From: Nanobdellota archaeon
Lineage (GTDB): Archaea > Nanobdellota > Nanobdellia > Pacearchaeales > GW2011-AR1
Length of the DNA stretch: 64,000 nt
Assembly: GCA_038045765.1 (NCBI GenBank)
Contig: JBBSXN010000005.1
Location: forward strand, 136,218 to 200,217
Direction: 5' to 3'
Below are positions 9,052-16,483 of the stretch, in pieces. The first letter of the stretch is position 1, and each line of letters begins with the position of its first letter. Under the pieces are notes generated by a model. The model was given only the letters and a program-made list of their open reading frames with translations. It made no database searches and was not told the DNA's origin. The translations under genes were made by a program, and so were the position numbers.

Positions 9052-9609
9052 ATGGATTTTGCTAAGAATATGCCTTTCCCCCATTTACTTATTGAAAGTT
9101 TTTTGGGTGAGAAAGAAGCTGAAAGATTGGCTTTGGCTTTGAAGAAAGAAGAATTTGAAGAGAAAGATAGCGATTTGTTTTCTTTTAAACAGACTCAAGA
9201 TTTACATTATAGTGAGAATAAGGAGATAAAGGAGTTTGTTAAGATGCTTGAAAGCAGGGAATTTGCAGAAAGGATTGAGAAGATTAGTGGAATTAAAGTT
9301 AAAAAAGGAGCCTTTGATTTGGCTGGTAGTTTGTATGAAAATACAGATTATCTTTTATGTCATGATGATGAACTTGAGGGGAGAAAGATAGCTTACGTAT
9401 ATTATTTATGTGAAGATTTCTCTGAAAAAGATGGAGGAGCTTTGGCTTTGCTTGAAGATGATAATGGAAAGCCTGGGAAGAGTGGAAAAAGATATTCTCC
9501 TAAATGGAATAGTTTAATGATTTTTGAAGTTTCAAAGAGGAGTTGGCATGAAGTTGAGGAAGTAATTGGTAAAAAGAAAAGGTATGCTATAGGGGGTTGG
9601 TTACATTGA
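9052..9609 (+). CDS. 2OG-Fe(II) oxygenase, Ofd1/Tpa1 (prolyl-hydroxylase)-like catalytic domain
   Basis: HxD in LLCHDDELEGRKIAYVYYL, distal His in SWHEVEEV, and Arg in RYAIGGWLH (compare R.S..GWFH of Tpa1/OGFOD1 N-domains). Confidence 0.7.
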   Translation: MDFAKNMPFPHLLIESFLGEKEAERLALALKKEEFEEKDSDLFSFKQTQDLHYSENKEIKEFVKMLESREFAERIEKISGIKVKKGAFDLAGSLYENTDYLLCHDDELEGRKIAYVYYLCEDFSEKDGGALALLEDDNGKPGKSGKRYSPKWNSLMIFEVSKRSWHEVEEVIGKKKRYAIGGWLH

Positions 9610-10172
9610 TTAATAAAAGTTATACTGATAAGGAAATTGTAGTGCAGATTAAAGATGCTTTTAGTGAAAATGGATTTGTTAGGTTGGAGAGTTTTATTGA
9701 TGTGAATGAGTATGGTAATTTGAATAGTAGGATAAATGATGAGGAAGGCGAAATTGCTAAAATTCCAGATAGATATTCTTATAGTTTGATTGATAACTTG
9801 GAAGTTGAAGGTTTATTTGCTAGCGATAAATTTAATGAATTCTTGGGAAAAGTTATTGGGAAGAAAGTTGGTAAGATGACTTTAAGTGTTAAAAGATTCG
9901 GGTGGAAAGATTATACTCTTGTTCATGATGATGAAGCTGGAAAGGAAGAAATTAGATTTTTCTTTATACTTACTGATAAATGGAATGTTGAATGGGGTGG
10001 AAATATTGTTTATTTGACTGATGATGGTGAAGGTCAACCTATTGTTTTTCCAATTACTGGAAATAGTTTTTGCATTGTGAAAAAGAGGAAGGATATGCAT
10101 TCATTTGTCAAGTATGTGAATAATCTGGCTGGAAAGAATAGTTTTGTGGTGGTTGAAGGGAAGATTAAATAG
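9597..10172 (+). CDS. second DSBH (2OG-oxygenase-like) domain protein, no ATG start
   Basis: YTLVHDDEAGKEEIRFFFIL and MHSFVKYV repeat the HxD...H pattern. Only TTG codons (9597, 9606) are available as starts. Frame is -1 relative to the preceding ORF and open from 9573. Confidence 0.55.
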   Translation: MVTLINKSYTDKEIVVQIKDAFSENGFVRLESFIDVNEYGNLNSRINDEEGEIAKIPDRYSYSLIDNLEVEGLFASDKFNEFLGKVIGKKVGKMTLSVKRFGWKDYTLVHDDEAGKEEIRFFFILTDKWNVEWGGNIVYLTDDGEGQPIVFPITGNSFCIVKKRKDMHSFVKYVNNLAGKNSFVVVEGKIK

Positions 10173-10206
10173 AGAATTTTATAAAGTCTAATTTGAAGCT
10201 ATTTTT

Positions 10207-11442
10207 ATGAGCAAAAAACATTTACCTAATCCTTTAAGTGATGATTTTGGAAAAGGAAGACCTGCTATAAGAATACTTAGTGATAGGGGAATAAAACAGG
10301 CAGTTAGAGAGGGTTTTTTGATTTTGAACCCTGCATTAGATTTTGATAATCTTGGAGAAAGATTGCAACCTGCTACTCTTGATCTTCGACTTAGGAAAAT
10401 TGATTCATACTTCAATCCTGGAACTGCGACAGGAGGTTATTGTGAAGATTTAACTTTGAGAGCAAATCAAGTTTCATGGGTAAGTTTTGTTGATGATATT
10501 AATTTTAGTGTAAAGAAAGGTATGACTCCACAAGGAAGTTGTTTTTTTGATAAATTCTTAGATGGTAGGAGTAGTCTATTGAGATTAGGAGGAGTAGTTT
10601 GCGGGAATCCAGATCCTTGTTATTTTTTAGGTTTAGAAAGCACTATATTTCATTATACTCCTAATGATTTACATTTTGATAGCGAAGAGAGAATTGCGCA
10701 GGCATTTATTAGAGTTGCGCCATTTGCTGAAACTTATTTAGTTCCATTTGATGTTGGAGATAAACCTCCATATACTAAACAAGGAGAAGCAGTTAGAGCA
10801 CTTGATATGGGCGTTCAGGCTAAAACTACTAGGCAGTTGAGAGGTTTAGCAGAAGCAGGATTAATGAAAGTTGAAAGAGGGAATGGGGGCGAATTTGATT
10901 CTTGGAACGGGCTTATTCTTTTACATGCTAAAGATGCCTTTAGAATGAAAAAAGTTGAGGGTGGAATTAAATTTTCAGAGAGATCAAAGTATAGTCATGA
11001 AAATTTATTTGAGCCAGTAGATATTAGAAATAAATATGACATAATAGAAGGAGAACATTTAGTTGTTGAAGTTGAGGAAAAATTTGAATTATCAGATAAA
11101 GTTGGAATCAGTGTTTTTAATAATCTGGTTGGAAGAAATGTTCCAGGTGCTCCAAAGTTAAGAGGATTTGCTCCCTTAGACTTAATTTCCGGTGATGAGA
11201 GGTTTAGACAAGGACAAGTTAATTTATCTTTAATTAATAAGAGAAATAGTTGGATAGATCCAGGATATAATGGAATGATGACTGCTTTTCCAAAATTGCT
11301 CGGTAAGAGTGTGCAAAGAGGAGATATTGTAGGTTATGGTCAAGTTTTCTACTTTCCAAAAGGTGTGGAAAGACCTTATGGAAATAAAGAATTAGGAAGT
11401 CAGTATCAGGGACAAGATAAATTTCAGGTTGCTGCTAAATAG
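10207..11442 (+). CDS. double-length dCTP deaminase/dUTPase-fold protein
   Basis: N-half has LQPATLDLRL, LDGRSSLLRLG and NPDP...GLESTIF, compare E. coli Dcd ATVDVRLG, LDGRSSLARLG and IDPGW...VLEF. C-half has SWIDPGYNGMMTAF plus YFPKGVERPYG...QYQGQ. Confidence 0.7.
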   Translation: MSKKHLPNPLSDDFGKGRPAIRILSDRGIKQAVREGFLILNPALDFDNLGERLQPATLDLRLRKIDSYFNPGTATGGYCEDLTLRANQVSWVSFVDDINFSVKKGMTPQGSCFFDKFLDGRSSLLRLGGVVCGNPDPCYFLGLESTIFHYTPNDLHFDSEERIAQAFIRVAPFAETYLVPFDVGDKPPYTKQGEAVRALDMGVQAKTTRQLRGLAEAGLMKVERGNGGEFDSWNGLILLHAKDAFRMKKVEGGIKFSERSKYSHENLFEPVDIRNKYDIIEGEHLVVEVEEKFELSDKVGISVFNNLVGRNVPGAPKLRGFAPLDLISGDERFRQGQVNLSLINKRNSWIDPGYNGMMTAFPKLLGKSVQRGDIVGYGQVFYFPKGVERPYGNKELGSQYQGQDKFQVAAK

Positions 11443-11902
11443 TCTTTTGAGAACTTTCCCAATTATTGATAATTTCAAGAGCTGATTCTTCTAAAGAAGG
11501 TATGTGTATTAATTCTATCTTGTTGTAATTCTTTTCATTTATTTCTTCTAGCTTTGTATCTCCTTGGAAATGTTGTTTTGAGACGCTTTCTTTTTTTACT
11601 GCATAGACTATTTTTTTTATTGACGCCCAGTTTGAAGCAGAGAAGCACATTAAGCAAGGTTCTAGTGAGGAGTATAATGTTAAATCTTTTAGGTTTCTTG
11701 TCTTTAACTTTTCACAGGCTTTTCTTATAGCATCTGTTTCTGCATGGCTTGTAGGATCATTAAGATTTTTTCCATTACTAATTCCTTCTGATATGATTTT
11801 ATTATCTTTAACTAAAATTGCTCCCACTGGAAAACCTTTTAGCCTTATCGAGTCTTTTGATTTACCTATTGCTATTTTTAGAAAATGTTTATCTTCTTTC
11901 AT
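11435..11902 (-). CDS. CMP/dCMP-type zinc deaminase (TadA/guanine-deaminase-like)
   Basis: HAETDAIRKA (H-A-E) and PCLMCFSA (PCxxC) zinc/catalytic motifs in 155 aa. Confidence 0.8.
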   Translation of the reverse strand: MKEDKHFLKIAIGKSKDSIRLKGFPVGAILVKDNKIISEGISNGKNLNDPTSHAETDAIRKACEKLKTRNLKDLTLYSSLEPCLMCFSASNWASIKKIVYAVKKESVSKQHFQGDTKLEEINEKNYNKIELIHIPSLEESALEIINNWESSQKTI

Positions 11903-11903
11903 T

Positions 11904-12155
11904 TTATTTATGATTTCCCCATTGCCATCTTGGCTTTTCTCCTTTGTAATATTGTATGAGCCAGGCTATTAGAGTTAATGTTAGTGCTGGAAGGACGAAA
12001 GAGTATAATGTGTCTGAGACTGAATGTGAGTTTTTGTCTATTTGTATGAATGTGAAAATGAGAGAAAATATCCAGATTGTTATAACTAAATAGGCTTGCC
12101 AAGTTGCTGGTTTCCAGCCCCAACCGTATGCTTTTCTTTTAAACCAATATTTCAC
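11904..12155 (-). CDS. small membrane protein, hypothetical
   Basis: 83 aa, two TM helices, Trp-rich ends. Abuts the deaminase gene. Confidence 0.4.
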   Translation of the reverse strand: MKYWFKRKAYGWGWKPATWQAYLVITIWIFSLIFTFIQIDKNSHSVSDTLYSFVLPALTLTLIAWLIQYYKGEKPRWQWGNHK

Positions 12156-12205
12156 CTAATATGAACCTCGGATAAATATAAATACTTTGTGGTTTTATAT
12201 AAAAT

Positions 12206-12934
12206 ATGTCTAGACTAAAATTTGAAGTTAAAAAGGAAATTATTGACTTGATTAAATCTGGTAGAAGTCTTAATCAAATTATTAAAGAAACAGGAATGGG
12301 AAAAACTACTATTTATTATTATATTAAGAAAATTAGAGGTAGGAAGTATAAATCTATAAAATTAAATCTAAGTAATGATGAATTAATTGGAGAAATTATC
12401 GGTCTTTTTGCTGGCGATGGTTACTATTTGAATAATGAAAATAGATACGATTACAGAATAAAGATATTCTTTAATTCTAAAGAAAATAAATTAATAGAAT
12501 ATTATCGAAATTCATTTTATAAGTTAACTGGTAAGTTTCCCGGAGTAGTGCGTAGTAGGTCTGTTAAGATTATGCAAATGTCTGGGAAGATTTTATGTAA
12601 TTTTGTTTTGGGTTATTTATCTTTTAGTAATAGAAAAACGGCCACAGTTGCTCTAAAAGATAAGTCTTACTATAAGAATAAAGAGTTTATGAGGGGTTTT
12701 TTGAGAGGTTTGGTAGATTCCGATGGTTACGTAAGAAAAGATAGAAAAGAAATTTATTATGGTTCTATTTCTAAAATGTTATTTAATGATTTTTTAAAAG
12801 GTTTAAATATTTTTAATTTTAAATATAAAACATATTTACAAAAAAGTAAATATTCTGATTTTTATAAAGTAAGAATTTCTGGAGATGAAGTTGATAGATT
12901 TAAATCTTTTATTAAGCCAGTAAAAAGATTATAA
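12206..12934 (+). CDS. free-standing LAGLIDADG-type homing endonuclease-like protein with N-terminal HTH
   Basis: Two LAGLIDADG motifs (IIGLFAGDGY, LRGLVDSDGYV). N-terminal HTH-like GRSLNQIIKETGMGKTTIYYYIKK. Confidence 0.7.
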   Translation: MSRLKFEVKKEIIDLIKSGRSLNQIIKETGMGKTTIYYYIKKIRGRKYKSIKLNLSNDELIGEIIGLFAGDGYYLNNENRYDYRIKIFFNSKENKLIEYYRNSFYKLTGKFPGVVRSRSVKIMQMSGKILCNFVLGYLSFSNRKTATVALKDKSYYKNKEFMRGFLRGLVDSDGYVRKDRKEIYYGSISKMLFNDFLKGLNIFNFKYKTYLQKSKYSDFYKVRISGDEVDRFKSFIKPVKRL

Positions 12935-12935
12935 A

Positions 12936-13012
12936 CGCCCCAGCTCGGATTTGAACCGAGGACCCCAACCTCCGCAAGGTTGTGCTCTAAATCCATGCTG
13001 AGCTACAGGGGC
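12936..13012 (-). tRNA. tRNA-Arg(GCG)
   Basis: Minus strand reads GCCCCTGTAGCTCAGCATGG.... Anticodon stem-loop CAACC-TTGCGGA-GGTTG, T-arm CTCGG-TTCAAAT-CCGAG, one U:U at 6:67. Confidence 0.85.
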
Positions 13013-13060
13013 ATATATAAGCTTAAGCAGAAAGAGGTATTAAAAATGTTGGGTTTTCAT

Positions 13061-14110
13061 TTAATGAAATGGGATAATTACTAATTCCTTTGTTGCTGTT
13101 GTTAAGACTTCTGCTTTGGCTTTTCTTATCACTATACAGTCTTCAATTCTTACTCCAAATTGGTTTTCTATATAACAGCCAGGTTCAACAGTTGTAAATA
13201 CATTTTCTTTTAAATTGTAGTCTATGGAACTCAATGTACTTGCTTCATGAACTTCATAACCTATTCCGTGTCCGAGAGAGTGGTTCATGACTCCTGGAGT
13301 GGTTTTTTCAATAGATTCCTTCGCATATTTGTAAATATCTTTGCCATTTCTACCTGGTTTTATCTTATTTATAGATTCTAGCTGAATGTTTTTAACAATG
13401 TTATAGACTTGCATGATTTCTTTATTCGGATTACCAAAGAAGAAGCATCTAGTCATATCCGAACAGATATTCTTGTATTTTGCTCCGAAGTCTATTAGTA
13501 TAATTTCATCTTTCTTTATTTTTCTGTCTGAAGTTGTGTGGTGTGGAACTGCTGAATTTTCTCCAAATGCTACTATTGTTTTGAAAGAAGGCTCACCTGA
13601 AAGGTCAATCATTCTTTTTTCTATTTCTTTTGCTAGAGATTTTTCAGTTAGGTCTTTATTTACCCAGGAAGGAATTTCCTTAGCTATTTGATTTACTATA
13701 TTGCATGCTTTTTTAAAGCGATGATATTCACTTTCATTCTTTTGGTCTAATATTTGAGAGATTAGTTTAGATATGTCAACTTTCTTAAAACGAAGTTTTT
13801 TGTTCCTAGATATGGAAATTAAGGAATAGTTTATACCTAAAGTTTTTATTTTTGGAAACTTTTTCTTTATATCTGATAGCTTTTTTATTACAAGATAGTT
13901 TAATCCAGTGCTTTTAGCTTCTAATTCTTCAAGTTCAGTTACTAAAAGTGTAGGTTTGTCTTTGTATAAAAGAAGACTAGAATATATGAATGAACCTTCT
14001 TCTATTCCTGAAAAAGCAAAGAAACTGCTATCTTTTAATGGTTCAATGTTCATTATTAAAACTGCATCAACTTTCGATTTAGAAAGAAGCTCTTTTATTC
14101 GATTCATCAA
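13061..14110 (-). CDS. M24 family Xaa-Pro aminopeptidase/dipeptidase
   Basis: Pita-bread motifs ILIDFGAKYKNICSDMTR, HSLGHGIGYEVHE and TVEPGCY...GVRIED. Confidence 0.85.
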   Translation of the reverse strand: MMNRIKELLSKSKVDAVLIMNIEPLKDSSFFAFSGIEEGSFIYSSLLLYKDKPTLLVTELEELEAKSTGLNYLVIKKLSDIKKKFPKIKTLGINYSLISISRNKKLRFKKVDISKLISQILDQKNESEYHRFKKACNIVNQIAKEIPSWVNKDLTEKSLAKEIEKRMIDLSGEPSFKTIVAFGENSAVPHHTTSDRKIKKDEIILIDFGAKYKNICSDMTRCFFFGNPNKEIMQVYNIVKNIQLESINKIKPGRNGKDIYKYAKESIEKTTPGVMNHSLGHGIGYEVHEASTLSSIDYNLKENVFTTVEPGCYIENQFGVRIEDCIVIRKAKAEVLTTATKELVIIPFH

Positions 14111-14129
14111 ACTTCAAACATTTTTAAGA

Positions 14130-14699
14130 TTAAAAATGTTTGTCTAATTCCTTTGAATATTTATGGAGTTCAGAATTATTAAACCAGACACTTATCTCTC
14201 TGTTTGCATTTTCTATAGTGTCTGAGGCATGAATTAGGTTTCTTAATACTCTTTTATTGTCATCTGCCAAAGTGTACGATTCGATCATTGCGTAATCTCC
14301 TCTTATTGTCCCTGGAGCTGCTTGTCTTGGTTCAGTATTACCTACTATCTTTCTTACTACTTCTATTGCATGAGGTCCTTCTAAGACTAAGGCTATTATC
14401 GGTCCTTCTTTTAAGAAAGTAACAAGCCAGGATTGAATTGTCTTACCCATTTCAATGTGATTTTTATAAGGCCAAGATTTACCTTTTTCATCATATACTA
14501 TTTTTGTTTTGTCATGGACTTTTTTAGCCCATTCTTCATCTAGTGGATAGTGATTTAGAGCAATTTCATCATCTGCCCAGATCATTTTCATTCCTGCAAG
14601 TTTTAATCCTGTCTCTTCAAAGCGAGTTATTATTTTTCCTACAAGATTTCTCTGAATGGCATCATGTTTCAATAAAACTAGTGTTTGTTCGTTGGCCAT
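14130..14699 (-). CDS. ndk: nucleoside diphosphate kinase (with insertion)
   Basis: TLVLLKHDAIQRNLVGKIITRFEETGLKLAGMKM and the active-site segment NLIHASD. Confidence 0.85.
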   Translation of the reverse strand: MANEQTLVLLKHDAIQRNLVGKIITRFEETGLKLAGMKMIWADDEIALNHYPLDEEWAKKVHDKTKIVYDEKGKSWPYKNHIEMGKTIQSWLVTFLKEGPIIALVLEGPHAIEVVRKIVGNTEPRQAAPGTIRGDYAMIESYTLADDNKRVLRNLIHASDTIENANREISVWFNNSELHKYSKELDKHF

Positions 14700-14751
14700 G
14701 ATTTATTTTAGAAAGGAAGGTTCATAAAGATTGTTGTAGTTTTAGATAAAT

Positions 14752-15354
14752 ATGGATAAAACACAATTATTGAAGGAAATAGAGTATAAATGCGGACAAG
14801 CAGATTTACCTTTAAAGCAAGGATCTACAAATCTAGTTTTTGGAAAGGGTAATCCTAAAGCTGAAATAATGTTTGTTGGGGAAGCGCCAGGTAATAATGA
14901 AGATTTACAGGGAATGCCTTTTGTTGGTGCCGCTGGTAAGAATCTCGATAAGTTGCTTGCCGGTGTGAGATTATCTATGGAAGATGTGTATATTGCAAAC
15001 ATATTGAAATATAGGCCTCCAGAGAATAGAGTGCCTTTAACTGAAGAGATAAAGGAGCATACTGTTTGGCTGTTAGAACAGATAAAATGTATAAAACCTA
15101 AAATTGTATGTTCCCTGGGAAATTATGCTACTAAGTTTTTTTTATCTCTGGGAGAGGTCGATAAAATGGATAAAGTTGAAGGAATTACTCAGTTGCATGG
15201 TGAAGTTAAAATTATTGATATGCAAGGGTTAAAGATAAAACTTATACCTTTATTTCATCCAGCAGCCATTATTTACAATAGAAAGTTGATAGGTTTATGG
15301 GAGGCAGATATGGAAATTGTTAAGAAAGAAATTGCGCAGGCGAGTTTAAGTTAA
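14752..15354 (+). CDS. udg: uracil-DNA glycosylase, family 4
   Basis: [27 protein letters not shown] and C-terminal HPAAIIYN motifs. Confidence 0.85.
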   Translation: MDKTQLLKEIEYKCGQADLPLKQGSTNLVFGKGNPKAEIMFVGEAPGNNEDLQGMPFVGAAGKNLDKLLAGVRLSMEDVYIANILKYRPPENRVPLTEEIKEHTVWLLEQIKCIKPKIVCSLGNYATKFFLSLGEVDKMDKVEGITQLHGEVKIIDMQGLKIKLIPLFHPAAIIYNRKLIGLWEADMEIVKKEIAQASLS

Positions 15355-15466
15355 TTGATTTGATCTTTATGAATTTGTAATGTGCTGGTTTTGTTTCTTC
15401 TTTATCGATTTTATCTTTTAGAGTGTAGACTTTCTTATTATCTTTTAGATAGTATTTTAGGTTCAT
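15320..15466 (-). CDS. nop10: Nop10-like H/ACA RNP protein (48 aa, divergent C-terminus)
   Basis: Not in the ORF track (<60 aa). ATG overlaps the aIF2-alpha stop (ATGA). MNLKYYLKDNKKVYTLKDKIDKEETKPAHYKF... resembles Nop10 (YYL..g.rVYTLK....t.sAHPaRF). S27e-aIF2alpha-Nop10 gene order is conserved in archaea. Confidence 0.45.
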   Translation of the reverse strand: MNLKYYLKDNKKVYTLKDKIDKEETKPAHYKFIKIKSINLNSPAQFLS

Positions 15467-16161
15467 TTTAATTCAAAAGCCAATTTCTTTGATTTGGCGT
15501 TTGTGTTAATTCTAGAGGTTATTTCATTTAAAGTGATGTTTGCTTCTTTGAAATCTAGAGCCTTTACAGTAATTGAAAATTGAGATGAACCCAGGTATTT
15601 TATGTCTGCTTTTTTTGATTCAGGTGTTAATATTGATTTTATATCCTCTATTCCATTTGAAGAAAGTGATTTCAAGGTGAATACCTTTTTTACTTCTTTT
15701 TCTCTTGTTTCTTTTTCTTCTAAAAGAGGAATTAGCTTTTCAACTTCAGGCTTTGTGAAGAATTCTTCAAGCATTTTCTTATTCTTTCTTGATTCTTCAA
15801 TAAACTCTAATACAGTATATTTGGCCTTTATGTCTTTTATCTTTTTTTCAGGTTCTTTTGTAAATGTTTTAAATATACTAATAAGATTTCTTTCTTTTTT
15901 ATAATTCTCAAGAGCTTGTTCCCTTTCTTTACCCATAACTCTTCTTAGGCTTAATTGGACATGATCTTTATCTATGCTTAGCACTTTACAAACTACTTTT
16001 TTGTTAGGGGTGACATATTCTCTTATGTTTCTTATACGTCCAGCAGCTACTTCAGACATAGCCATGCTCCCTACTCCATGATCTTCTATTTGTAAGAATA
16101 CTGAGGCTCCTTCTACGCTTTTAACAGTACAAAGAACAATATCACTAACCTTTAATTGCAT
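15463..16161 (-). CDS. eif2a: translation initiation factor aIF2 alpha subunit
   Basis: S1 domain DIVLCTVKSVEGASVFLQIEDHGVGSMAMSEVAAGRIRNIREYV...KVLSIDKDHVQLSLRRV. I start at ATG 16161 because the track's 16257 start would overlap S27e. Confidence 0.85.
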   Translation of the reverse strand: MQLKVSDIVLCTVKSVEGASVFLQIEDHGVGSMAMSEVAAGRIRNIREYVTPNKKVVCKVLSIDKDHVQLSLRRVMGKEREQALENYKKERNLISIFKTFTKEPEKKIKDIKAKYTVLEFIEESRKNKKMLEEFFTKPEVEKLIPLLEEKETREKEVKKVFTLKSLSSNGIEDIKSILTPESKKADIKYLGSSQFSITVKALDFKEANITLNEITSRINTNAKSKKLAFELK

Positions 16162-16204
16162 AGTACAAACCTCCAGCGGGTTTCTACGAGTTCCAGCAAC
16201 CTTT

Positions 16205-16390
16205 CTAATTGCACAGTAGAACCTCCTTGATTGGGGCACGGATTTTAGCTTTTCCACCAGATGTTTTTGTTAAGAGATAATTGCATTTTGAGCATTTTTT
16301 ATTTGTAGAACATTTTCCATAGACTATTGTGCTAAAACTGCACCTTGGGCAGGTTATTTTGAGAAATGCAGTTCTTTTGGTTCTATCCAT
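16205..16390 (-). CDS. rps27e: ribosomal protein eS27 (S27e)
   Basis: 61 aa with C4 zinc ribbon FLKITCPRC...CSKCN. Confidence 0.85.
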   Translation of the reverse strand: MDRTKRTAFLKITCPRCSFSTIVYGKCSTNKKCSKCNYLLTKTSGGKAKIRAPIKEVLLCN

Positions 16391-16430
16391 AGTAGTGTAA
16401 TAAATACCTGTTTTTTAAAGGTTGTTGTGT

Positions 16431-16462
16431 CAAGATTCTGAAGAATCTTGAGCATCCTAAAA
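16431..16462 (+). repeat. hairpin (CAAGATTCT-ga-AGAATCTTG) + AGCATCCTAAAA motif, copy 1
   Basis: Perfect 9-bp arms followed by a 12-mer identical to 59508-59519, then a second small hairpin TATCAA-tttt-TTGATA. Lies between the RecJ-like stop and the S27e promoter. Confidence 0.4.
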
Positions 16463-16483
16463 TTTATCAATTTTTTGATATGT

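Noticed and set aside
16162-16257. N-terminal extension of the aIF2-alpha ORF
   Set aside because: It would overlap the eS27 gene by ~50 nt. The S1 domain begins right after the internal ATG at 16161.
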